In this document: piece by piece, positions 25,390 through 37,932 of the stretch
Layout of the letters: every line of letters begins with the position of its first letter
Numbering within the stretch: position 1 is the first letter of the stretch
Assembly (NCBI RefSeq): GCF_964355755.1
Contig: NC_092678.1
Location: 4,542,422-4,606,421, forward strand
Direction of reading: 5' to 3'
Origin: Antedon mediterranea
Lineage: Eukaryota; Animalia; Echinodermata
DNA length: 64,000 nt
Made by a program: the position numbers and the translations under genes
The notes under the pieces: generated by a model
Told to the model about the DNA's origin: nothing
Database searches by the model: none
What the model saw: only the letters and a program-made list of their open reading frames with translations

Positions 25390-28300
25390 TAACTTTGATT
25401 AACAAAATTGACCGCAAGTACAGTATTACAAATTAAAAAGTTATACCGGTACACTTTCCTAAGCAACCACCTTAAAAATGCAATCTGCAAAATTGAAATT
25501 AATACAAAATTTAAACTTTTAGTATTAAAATAACTTATAATTTTAAAACAAAAACAAAACTAAGTTCAAAGCAATTAAAATTCATAATTCCAGTAAAAAT
25601 GAAACTGTTTGTAATACTAATTACTTTCACTATGCAATACCGTATTTTATACTTTTCAAACTTGGTGCTATTTCCATCACAGGTAACTGGATGTCTTCAC
25701 TAATATTATGTGCAATATGTTTCATCATCAGTATTAAAGAACTTAACGGGTACAGTGGCTTTTTCACCATCCTTCATTACTGCCATTTTGTTAAAAGAAG
25801 GTGCTTTTTATTTATTGTTGTTAAAGAAATGTAAATAGTTAAAGAAGAGTACTCTGTAGAGAATGAGCTGTTTGTTTGTTTTAAAATAGTTGTTTTCTTG
25901 TTATAAATAATAATAAATAAAAGGAATATTATAAAACAAATTAAAATAAAATCATTTTTATCATATATATTGTTTTTGTTTCTTTTAAATGTACTTTTGT
26001 TACATAGCTATTTCGTGTGAATTCGGTAACTACCGTGCGATTACCAATAACACCACAATTCAGACCAATCACAAGCGATGGATTATCCAACCTGTCGCTT
26101 GTCATTGGTTAATTTTGAAAAACTGTATTTTAATTACTTAACGGGACGCGGCAATAACTAATGTACTTTAATTTACCAGCTTTTTATTACACCAATTGAA
26201 AACTAACTTCATCATAACGCCATTCTTTCGTTATTATACTGTAATACAACAACCAATTGAATACACAGTTTTACAATACTGTAGTATGATTTTATGTTTA
26301 TAATACGAGAAGCCCGGTACGGTGACGGGAATGTCCCACATTTAATTGAAAAGATAACTGGCGAATAGAACGCTGGCACACACGAGGAAATAACTGTATC
26401 AACGCTTTATTTGGTCGTACAGCATTCAATCGTACCGGAGTTTTATGTATCGGGAAATTACTTTTATAAATTTCCTAACAATTCAACACGTAATGAGTGT
26501 ATAAATGACCATACCCGACAGTCGAACACACACCAACTAATATTCTTAATCTAATATGCGGATATAACGAGGAGGGAAAACTCTACCATTTATACTTTTT
26601 TCTTCAAATTTCCACGTTTTTTGAATGTTTATTTTTCATTTCTTTTGGTTTTGATCTATTTGTCATCTACTTGTGATACATGTGACATTCCTAGTGACAC
26701 CATTATTTGTATTCCTTTTTCACATCCGTTTAAAATGTCACTATATTTCATTTGTCATTATTTTTGGTCACATTTATTACCAAGAATGTTTACTCATTTT
26801 CTAATTTTTCTCCAATCCCTTTTCACGTTCCTATTGCATGCATCTTTCAGATATTATGGTTCCGTCTACCAAATCCTCCAGGAATTATCCAAATCCAGGA
26901 TTTTAATCGAAATCAAATCGGAACCATGTTCGTCACACCCAAAAAGAACGTTCTTACTTCACGAAGGTATGTTTTATACACTATTTATCTACAGTAAATA
27001 CAAATTAGCATTACAGTACTTTAAATCGAATGGAAAAGACATTGGCAGCAGTAGGCCTTTGGTCTAATAAATTACACTTTTACATGATTTACATTTTGTA
27101 CAATGGTGGAAATTACCAAACATCAAAATAGCTTGTGTAACGTTTATTGGAAATTACAACGGATACCGAAATATCCGGCAGTTAAGTGTTTTTCAAGGAT
27201 GATCTCGAACAATGCACAATGGCTTTTATTCTAATTGCTTATAACTTATTATTTTTTATTTACAGTATTATGTATTTTTTTGCGCATTAATACGTGTTAA
27301 ATCGTGTGCGGTCAAAGTCTGTATTTCAAAAATAGAATATGGAATTTTTGTGTTTTTGTACAATAACATATGAAAACGTGATTATTGCATTCTATAGAGT
27401 TTGCGCAGTTCGTGTGTTTAATTTGTTCATGGGGAAAACCTAGAGGGTGGTAGGATTCGAACCAAGGATTGTTGTTTGGGTTTGTTGTTCTTTATGGCTA
27501 TAATGGGTATTGACAATATGTACTGTGTGACAATGGTAGATCGCGCTCGCGCACGTACCTCCTAACAATAGTGTTGGGGCAGAGTAAAGAGAGAAAAAGA
27601 AGTCAACTATAGGTCGATTTGTAGTAGCGCGCGGATAAAAATTGAGTACATTAATTTACATTAGTGTATACTACCACCAAAATATTGTACTCAACCGTAT
27701 GTTGGTGGGTGCTTTTGGCAACATCCTTTGACGGGTCCCGCGGCGCTAACTTTCTATTTATTGCCTGGGGTGGATGATGACAACCTTCACGTGGTCCACC
27801 CTGTTCTTACTAATGTCATCAGCCTCTTGGCCTAACATTGTTTTAGCTTTTAGTTTAGTTTTTAGCAGACGATCATTGTACATATAACTTATATACTTTA
27901 TATGCTTTTATTCTTTATAGTATAATCAGTTAGTGTTAAGCCAACCAAATAAGACTGCAAGCAAGTACATACAGTATATGTATTCTGGGTCGGGGAATTT
28001 TGAGATGATTTATCTTGCTCCTATTGGTCTTTGGTCGGTCATACCACTTCAACCAACGATAATTATTGTTATTGATTATCGCGTTAGTAACGCACTCGTG
28101 AGAGGTCGCATGATTGTTATGTGGGTGATAGTACAGCGTTGCATCACAACCGTTTTAAATTTGTCATATGTTTATAATCCGTGTATCATACGGGATAAGG
28201 GTTTAACCCAATACTGGGTTTAGCCCAGTACTCCCTTTTTTTTTACACAATTGTTACCGGGTTATTGAACTTAAAACGAGGATATTTGACCCCATTTGAC

Positions 28301-28656
28301 GCACAATTATTATACCGCTCGCGGAGAGACGCTTCTGCGTTTAGACAAAATATCCACCTTGATGTTATTTTAATTTTTCTTTAATCTTTTTCTTTCTTCG
28401 CAACAAAACGCCTTCGTAACACCTACATGAAAGTACGTATTTTAAAACAGACATCCGTAACGTCGCTGACGAAGGCCTGTGACTTATGCGTCATAAACAC
28501 GTGGGCTCTACATATTTTGCTCATCCTTTGGGATCGTTGTTATTTTAAAATTCATGTTAAAAATCAAATTTAGAAAAAAGATATAGTTCTATTATATCTC
28601 TATGGCAAAAACCTTTGTTGTTTTTCTTGGACACGACGTCCAGTGTTTAATTGGAC

Positions 28657-28680
28657 CATAGAGATATTAATATCTCTATG
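28657..28680. mobile_element. 24-bp perfect palindrome with 7-bp direct flanks; probable P-element-type excision remnant
   Basis: ATTGGAC-CATAGAGATATTAATATCTCTATG-ATTGGAC. Confidence 0.6.
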
Positions 28681-30828
28681 ATTGGACCGAAATTCTTGAA
28701 GGAAATAAATTTGATTATTAAAGTCTTGCATGCGAAATTAATTAGGATTAATTTAGAATTGGTGTTGATAAATTATCATCACGTTTTTCACGATTCATTA
28801 CATAAATGATCCGGATTTCAGACCAGCAGAATTACCACATGTTTATCTGCTCGACTTTATGCACAATATGTTGGAGTGTCCTCCAGATAACAGCTGATTA
28901 AAAAGTTGGTTTTGGATTTTCCCAAGTACATCTATATTGTGGTGGTGCTTTAAACTATGAAGTCTTTAGTTACAACAATGCTTTTAATAATAACGTCTCA
29001 TGAGTTGCAGTGCTATAGTGCAACGTTTATAGAACAATATTCCCTCCTTTTATGAGTAAAAGGCCTGCCGCCGTGCGTAAATCTAGGCTACTACTCTACT
29101 TTATAGTTGCAATACACTAGGAAATGGACTAGACTCTATAATGAAAGAGTTAAATTGTAATTTAACTCTTCCCTGATAATAGGCCTCTCTTTTTACAGTA
29201 CTTAGTCTTTTCATACCTATTTGCAATAAAAAATCTCGTTATGCAATTTTGTTATTTCGTGTTGATTGAACCATTGACTAGCTTATAATATAATCTCCGA
29301 CATTCCGCGTTGAACAATGTTTGGCATGTAATACCCATATTTCAAAATTTGGATTTTTTGTGCATTTATAAATAACGAATAGGATAGATAATGATATGTA
29401 TTATCTAAGACAACTTATTTGTTCAAATATAGAGAATTTATTATTATCCCTGTGATGTTTATACTGTATATTTAATTTTCTATTTTTAGACCAATGAAAT
29501 TTCCGTCATGGTATTTTGTGTAATATTTAATAATACGCGATTATGACCGTTGGGGGAGACAAATCTTCCGCTCGTATGGTACGCTGATAATGCATTTAAT
29601 TAACGATCTTTGATGTTTAAAACGAATGGACAAAACGAAAAAAAATAAAAAATTCACAAGTACATGTCACTTCAATCAACTTTTATTAATATGAAAAATA
29701 ATGAACAATGACATGGTAACAATAGTGTTATTGGTCGTGCCTTTGATAGTAACACAATAGGCAAAGCCATTTTAATTAATTAAAATTTTTTTCTGGATTT
29801 GTCAAAACAGTTATTTCTTTTTATTTCTGAAGACACAAGTTCCATGTATAACCGTATGAAAATATATTAGCAATAGTCGATTTTCATTCTACTTTACAAT
29901 ATTATAAAGAAAATGTCAGAAAATGTGATATATAAAATACATTAAATTAGTTAAATATTCAAAACTGTTTTCTTTAAAAGAAATAGTATTGTAGGTATGT
30001 AGGTAACATTTGCTGTTAAGGATAGGAGAGCATTATAGCTAATAACCGACACATTTCTGATATTTTTCACCATACACTCTCACACAAAATTTCGTCCCTC
30101 ACTTATTACCAGTAACTCTATACTATACATTGGCCCCAAATTATAGGAACAACTACCAATTCAGCTGAAATCTAAGATTTCCGTAGCCAGTTTTAAAATC
30201 ACCTATAAGCAATCACTAATTAACAACTACATTTCCTAATTTATTTATTTTTTAATCTGTTTTGTTGATTTTACAGTAAATAACCATGTATTAGTTAGTT
30301 TTAACCTTTTTGGCATATTTATTTATTTATAACATTCAATGTTTTTTATATATTTTTTCCTCATAATATTTTAGATTTATTAGTTTTCTTGTCATGTCGA
30401 CAACTGTTCACGTGGTCAATGCTTAAAGTAATTTTTACTTATTTTGATCTATTTTCACACATTGTCTTCTTTTTTTTTTCTTTCTTATAGTTCATTGGTC
30501 AATGTGTGGAAAATAAATAAATGAAACAAACAAACAAACTGAGAAAGTCACATGTATGTGTATCCATCACTTACTGATAAGCAATCATAATTTGATAATT
30601 TAAACTTTGAAAATTGCGGTTACGGTTAAAGAGTTCATCTGAAATGCGCTTCAGAACGCTAAAAACCATTATACAATATTCTAATTACAAAATAAATGGC
30701 AATAATAACATTTTAAGAAATGCTGCAAGTGTCTAAAAAATCGAAATATCTTCGCCAATACAACGTACTGTACCTAGTCTAGATAGCACGTGTTCCAGAA
30801 GGGCCTACATTTTAAAGTAATGTTCTGC

Positions 30829-31013
30829 TTACATGCGATAGCTAATCTTCTTATAGTCGTTTATTTCATTTGTTCTAAGCTGACATCCTCAAACAGAATC
30901 TACGTGAAATCTCTGACAATCATTCTTCCTGAAGCACTGCAGGGCACACCGTATAGGAGACATCTTCACCCCAGCAGTAACATCACCAGGCAACGATGTC
31001 ACAAATACCGAAT
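30829..31013 (-). pseudogene. Orphaned PAN/apple exon with a premature stop
   Basis: Homologous to exon 3 of copies 2 and 3 but reads ...FHVDSV*GCQL (TGA at 30891-30889); the upstream splice donor is lost. Confidence 0.8.
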
Positions 31014-31163
31014 CTTGGAGAAAAGAAGATGAAAATTAATAGATTATTATAAACGAAAAGATAGAGTCCTAAGGAATCGTCTTGTTATCTATCTAGATAT
31101 GATAAATTATCTCCACCACAACATGAAATGTTGGATAAAAGCCTGCTTGAGGCTAATTAAACT

Positions 31164-32169
31164 TTATCGAACATATTCACATATTATGTATCCATCGTTA
31201 CTTTGAGCAAATGGTTTCAGGTCGTCTATATCCTTCACAGATGCCGCCGTGGTCGATATAATTCGTATCCCAGCATCATCATCATCAGATCTCGAAGGAT
31301 TATCGTTTGTCCATGGTGTCATCTTGGTGTCCAGTGTAACATCACCAGGCAACGATGTCACAACTACCAAATCTTGAAAAAAGACGAAAATTAATAGATT
31401 ACTATAAATGAAAAGATAGAATTGTAAGGAATCGTCTTGTTAACCAGATATGTTAAGTTATCTCCACTAAAACAATAAATGTTAGATATAAGCCTGCTTG
31501 AGGCTAATTCAACTTTATCAAACATACCATATTCACAGATGTATCCATCGTTACTTTGAGCAAATGGCTTCAGGGGGTTTATATCCCTCAGAGTTGCCGA
31601 GTCTGACATGATTCGTGTCCCAGCAGCATCATCATCAGATTTCGAAGGATTACCATTTGCCCATGGTGTCATCTGGGTGTCCAGTGTAGTACCATCTCCC
31701 TCACATTTCCAGTTAGCATCAACATCACTTCTCAAACCAGCTTGACGCGATAGCCCAATTCCGAACTTTCCGCTACAACTCGTTTTAAGACGATCCAGAA
31801 CAAACTGCAACTCATCAGACGTGGTGATGCACATGAAATAACCACTAGATGCCTTGCAGATGTCTTTGAGATCCTGCCATGTCTCTGTTGACGCGCTGTT
31901 TAAACGATTTACTTTGTACACGGATGAATTGTAGTGGAAATATGTACATTCTGTAAAAACAAATGAATCCAGAAGAAATATTAGAGGAAACGAAATAATA
32001 ATTTCGATGAGAGAATGAGAAAACAAAATATATATATTTTTAAAAGAAACTAGCGATCTTCTATCAACATTTAAGTAGAAAAATAATATATTTTACCATT
32101 CTCTTCTCCTTTAATAATACTCATTCGCGAAGTGACGAAAAGTAAACAGATAAAATAAAACATTTTCAT
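31164..32169 (-). CDS. Secreted C-type lectin-like protein, copy 1 (chimeric last exon)
   Basis: Exons 32169-32097 (signal peptide MKMFYFICLLFV), 31950-31528 (CTLD: W..LK..C, FGIGL, W, PW, GYICE) and 31372-31164 (fusion exon); all introns phase 1; 234 aa. Confidence 0.75.
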
Positions 32170-33025
32170 CAAATTGATATCGTAGAAGATGATGTCAAAC
32201 CAACAGACAGCAGCCCAATGTCGAATGATATAATAATAAATGAACATACATACAACTAACGCAAATAATTTGACCATTCACAAGCTACAGTTATAATCTT
32301 TTTATTCTTTGCTTCAGTGTTCCACCCTCCTATTTTAATATTGTTTTAATAGTGCTATTGGTCGTGCCAGTGATATATTAACAATAAGCAAATAAATTTT
32401 AATTTTATTTTATTTTTCCATGTAGCAAATTTCTGAAGGGTTTTTTTTGTTGTAAAAAACAGTAATTTAAATATTTATTTCTAAAGAAACATAGAAAACA
32501 TTGTAAGACAGCTTTGCAGTCCATATTCATTAACAGTTACGCTTAAGTTGAGTAAAAAAGATGAACAGGCCACATCTTACGATATTCGTTTTTTTTGTTT
32601 GTGATTTTGACCATAATGAGTATCTTCAAATAGTCCGCTCGTATGGTACGCTGATAATGCATTTATTTAACAATCTTTGATGTTAAAACGAATGGACACA
32701 ACGAAAAAAAAACAATAATTCACAAGTCACTTCAATCAACTTTTATTAATATAAAAATAATGAACAATGATATGGTAACAATAGTATTACTGGTAGTGCC
32801 TTTGATAGTAATACAATAGGCCAAGAAATATTAATCAATTTTATTTTTTTTTTGGATTTGTGAAAAACAGTAATTTAAATATTTCTAAAGTCACTTTAGT
32901 AATATTATCAAATAATTGATTTTCATTCTATATGCAATATTATACAACAGTATTAATGTATTCATTGTCAGAAAATGTGATAAAATATATTTAATTACTT
33001 AGATATTAAAAATTGTTTTCTTTAA

Positions 33026-33109
33026 AAACAAGGCCATATACATGGCTACAGTCCCGTGCTCAAGTTAGTGTTTATTGACCGACCAACCGACCAACATAGT
33101 GGGCTGTAG
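33026..33109. mobile_element. Short insertion, Helentron/HINE-like; second copy inverted at about 21419-21490
   Basis: Absent from the paralogous flank at about 29975; (GGTC)-type microrepeat; AACAAG end within an A/T run; no TSD visible. Confidence 0.45.
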
Positions 33110-34144
33110 TAAAAATAGTATTGTAGGTAACATTTTCCCCATACACACTCACACTAAGAAAGTATATGTATGTGTATCCATCACCCAGTAAAATGATAAG
33201 CAATCATAATTTGATAATTTAAATTTTAAAAATTGCGTTGACCGTTAAAATGTTCATCTGTAATGTGCTTTTGTGGTTTGTCTTTTCTCGTTGTTAGTCA
33301 TATGCAATTTGACCGTGAGGCCACGAGACTAGACATGTTCGTTATATGATATTTTTATGTTGTTTTTTTTAATAAAAAAGATTACCCACCTACAAAATGA
33401 ATCATCCGAATAATATCTGCTTGTTACATAAATTAAACTTTTAAAAATGTTAAAATAAAATAGAGGGGGTATTTTCACTTTGTAGATCAATATGTAGTAC
33501 CTCGATGACGTACCACCTGTACACGATTATGACCGTTGGGGGAGACAAATCTTCCGCCTATATTCCAGGTACAGTATTAAAATATGGATATATGATCAAT
33601 AATCGATTTTCATTCTACATACAATAATTATAATACAATATTAAATAATGTATTCATTTTCAGAAAATGTAGTGTATAGAATACATTAAATTACTTAGAT
33701 ATTCAAAACGTATTGTTTTCATCAAGAAATAGCATTGTAGGTACGAGAAAATTGCTGTAAAGGATAGGAAAGCTAGATACCTATTAACCGACACATTTCT
33801 GAAATTCACCAAGTACACTGATAAGTCAATCATAATTTGATAATTTAAAATAAAAAAATTCCGCTTGAGGTAAAAGCTATTATACAACATTCTAATTAGA
33901 AAAATGTTTTGACAATAATGACATTTTAAGAAATGCTGCAAGTTTAAAAAAAACGAACAAACAAATAACAAAAAATCGAAATATCTTCGCCAATGCAACT
34001 TACTATACCTAGTCTGCACGATGGCACTGTTCCAGAAGGGCCTACATTATTAAGCAAATTAAACGCCACTACAACGTACCAGACTTATACGCGATGACAG
34101 TGCTCAGAAACGGTTATCAAAGCCGGTACTCAGTGATGTTCTGC

Positions 34145-35349
34145 TTACATGCGATAGCTAATCTTCTTATAGTCGTTTATTTCATTTGTTCTAAGCTGAC
34201 ATCCTGCAGCAGTATCCACGTGAAATCTCTGACAATCATTCTTCCTGAAGCACTGCAGGGCACACCGTATAGGAGACATCTTCACCCCAGCAGTAACATC
34301 ACCAGGCAACGATGTCACAAATAGGCCTACCAAATCTTGAAAAAAAAAAATGAAAATTAATAGATGATATTGTTCGGCGTAACAACGAAACATATATGCA
34401 GAAATTTTTTTTTTTTTATCAAACTGAAGTTTATTTTAATTGTGTTAATAATGCTCTCGGAAGTTCGGCAACATTATTCACGATATCACCTTAAACACCG
34501 TGTCAATTAAGGACTTGGAAAAACTATCGTAAAAGCAGCAGCTAATATAAACTACTTAAAAAAGAATAGATTAATATAAATGAAAAGAAATAATCGTGAG
34601 GAATCGTCTTGTTATCCATCTAGATGTGATCAAGTTATCTCCACTACAACAAGAAATGTTGGATATAAGCCTGGTTGAGACTAATTCAACTTTATTAAAC
34701 TTTATTATCTGAACAAATTTTGAAACGTAAAGAAAGAAAAAAAATAAACATACCATATTCACAGATGTATCCATCGTTCCATGTAGAAAATTGTGGAGTC
34801 CGGGACTTTGCATCCCTCAGAGTTGCCGTGTCCGACATGATTCGGGTCCCGGCATCAATATCTTCAGATTTCGAAGGATTATTTTTTTCCCATGGTGTCA
34901 TCTGGGTGTCCAGTGTAGTACCATCTCCCTTACATTTCCAGTTCACATCAACGTCACTTCTCAAACCAGCTTGACGATATAGTCCAATTCCGAACCTATA
35001 GCCGCTACAACTCGATTTATTAAGACGATCCACAACAAACTGCAACTCATCAGACGTGGTGATGCACATGAGATAACCCCCAGATGCCTTGCAGATGTCT
35101 TTGAGATCCTGCCATGTCTCTGTTGATGAGTTGGTGAAACGATTTACTTTGTACACGGATGATTTGTACTGGAAATATGAACATTCTGTAAAAAAAAATG
35201 AATTCAGAAGAAATTTTTCCCCACGAAACTAACAGTCTCTCTATAAACATTTTAACAGCAAAATAATATATTTTACCATTCTCTTCTCCTTTAATAATAC
35301 TTATTCGTGACGTGAAGAAAAGTAAACAGATAAAATAAAACATTTTCAT
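34145..35349 (-). CDS. Secreted C-type lectin + PAN/apple domain protein, copy 2
   Basis: Exons 35349-35277, 35185-34754 and 34335-34145; phase-1 introns; 231 aa; PAN-like core CALQC..NDC..F......CQL. Confidence 0.85.
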
Positions 35350-36897
35350 CAAAATGATACCGTAGAAGATTATGGCAAACCAACAGACAGCAGCCCAATG
35401 TCAAATGATATAGTAATAAATGTAAGAACGTACACACAACTAACGCAAATAATTTGACCAATCACAAGCTGCTAGTTTCATTCTTTGCAGCAGTGTTCCA
35501 CCCTCCTGTTTTCCCATGTGTTTTTGTGGTTTGTCTTTTCTCGTTTTTAATCATATGCAATTTGACCGCGAGGCCACGAGACTAGATGTGTTCGTTATAT
35601 GAGATTTTTATATTGTTTTTTTTTAATAAAAAGATTACCCACCTAAAATGAATCATCCGAATTATCTGCTTGTTACGTAAAATAAACTTTTATAAATTAA
35701 AAATGTTAAATTCACTTTGTAGATCATATTGTAATTCAGTACCTCGATGACGTACCACTTGTACGCGATTATGACCGTTGGGGGAGACAAATCTTCCGCC
35801 TATATTCTTTCTCGTAATGCATTTATTAAACGACCTTTGATGTTAAAACGAATGGACACCTGTTCATTTTTCAGATAACGAAAAAAACTAACATTATTAA
35901 TTCAAAGTGCATGTCACTTCAATCAACTTTTATTAATATAAAAAATAATGAACAATGATATGGTAATACTAGTTGTAACTAAATAGGCCAAACAATGTTA
36001 ATTTTAAATGCAGCAAATTTCTGAATGTAAAGTTTTGTCAAAACAGTAATTTAAATATTTATTTTAAAAAATAGAATACATTGTAAGAAAACGTTGCGGT
36101 GCATATTCATTAACAGTTAGACTTAAGTTGAGTACGGTGAACAGGCAGCCACATCTTACGATATTCAGTTATTTCTGACCATATATGAGCAGCCTTGATA
36201 TGAGTATACTAAAACGGTTTTAAGCTTTTACTTTTAAAAAGAACTTTTCAAAAATAGCAGGTGGTCAGTGGCCACAATCAATGAAAGAGAAACCACTTAA
36301 CCTAAGATGAACTTGACATTCCAGGTACAGTATTAACATATGGATATATGATCAATAATCGATTGTCATTCTACATACAATTATAAAACAGTAATAATGT
36401 ATTCCTTGTCAGAATAGTAGTGTATAGAATACATAAAATTATTTATATATTCAAAACGTATTGTTTTCATCAAGAAATAGCATTGTAAGTACGGTAACAA
36501 TTGCTAAGGATAAGAAAGCTAGCACTATAGCTATAGCAACCGACACATTTCTGAAATTCACCAAGTACACTGATAAGTCAATCATAATTTGATAATTTAA
36601 AATTAAAAAATTCCGCTTGAGCTAAAAGCCATTACACAACATTCTAATTAGAAAATTAAATGACAATGATGACATTTTAAGAAATGCTGAAAGTTTTAAA
36701 AAACGAACAAACCAATAACAAAAAATCGAAATATCTTCGCCAATACAACGTACTATACCTAGTCTGCACGATGGCACTGTTCCAGAAGGGCCTACATTAT
36801 TAAGCAAATTAAACGCCACTACAACGTACCAGACCTATGCACGATGACAGTGCTCAGAAACGGTTTTTATCAAAGCCGGTACTCAGTAATGTTCTGC

Positions 36898-37932
36898 TTA
36901 CATACGATAGCTAATCTTCTTATAGTCGTTTATTTCATTTGTTCTGAGCTGACATCCTGCAGCAGTATCCACGTGAAATCTCTGACAATCATTCTTTCTG
37001 AAGCACTGCAGGGCACACCGTATAGGAGACATCTTCACCCCAGCAGTAACATCACCAGGCAACGATGTCACAAATAGGCCTACCAAATCTTGGAAAAAAA
37101 AAATGAAAATTAATAGATTAATGTAAATGAAAAGATAGAATCGTAAGGAATCGTCTTGTTACCCATCTAGATATGATAAGTTATCTCAACTACAACATGA
37201 AATGTTTGATATAAGCCTGCTTGAGGCTAATTGATCTTTTAATCGAACTTTATATTTAACTTTTATTTAGATTCTGAAACTTAAAAACAGAAATAAAAAT
37301 CAACATACCATATTCACAGATGTATCCATCGTTCCTATCAGAAAATGGACCTATGACTTTTATGTCTCTCAGATATCCCGTGTCCGACATAATTCGTATC
37401 CCAGCATCATCACCATCAGATCTCGAAGGATTTTCATTTGCCCATGGTGTGATCTTGGTGTCCAGTGTAGTACTATCTCCTTCACATTTCCAGTTAGCAT
37501 CAACGTCTCGTCTCAAACCAGCTTGACGTGATAGTCCAATTCCGAATCTATAGCCGCTACAACTCGATTTATTAAGACGATCCACAACAAACTGCAACTC
37601 ATCAGAAGTGGTGATGCACATGAGATAACCACCAGATGCCTTGCAGATGTCTTTGAGATCATGCCATGTCTCTGTTGATGACGAATTGGTAAAACGATTT
37701 ACTTTGTACACGGATGATTTGTACTGGAAATATGAACATTCTGTAAAAAAAAAAAAGAATAAATCCAGAAGAAATATTAGAGGAAACGAAATATCATTTT
37801 TTTTAAAAGAAACTAGCGATCTTGTATCAGTATTTAAGCAGCAAAGTAATATATTTTACCATTGTCTTCTCCTTTAGTAATACTCATTCGCAACGTGAAG
37901 AAAAGTAAACAGATAAAATAAAACATTTTCAT
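36898..37932 (-). CDS. Secreted C-type lectin + PAN/apple domain protein, copy 3
   Basis: Exons 37932-37860, 37740-37309 and 37088-36898; phase-1 introns; 231 aa. Confidence 0.85.

Noticed and set aside
30889-30891. In-frame TGA as possible selenocysteine
   Set aside because: It aligns to Ala, not Cys, in the paralogs; the exon has lost its upstream donor; no SECIS was recognised.
34770-34785. WND tripeptide in lectin copy 2 as the canonical Ca-binding motif
   Set aside because: It lies directly before GYICE, downstream of the canonical beta4 position occupied by LRD; W is present in only one copy.
31164-37932. Diversity-generating retroelement analogy (variable C-type lectin fold)
   Set aside because: No reverse transcriptase or template repeat in the window; differences are not adenine-restricted and include indels; the genes are spliced eukaryotic genes.
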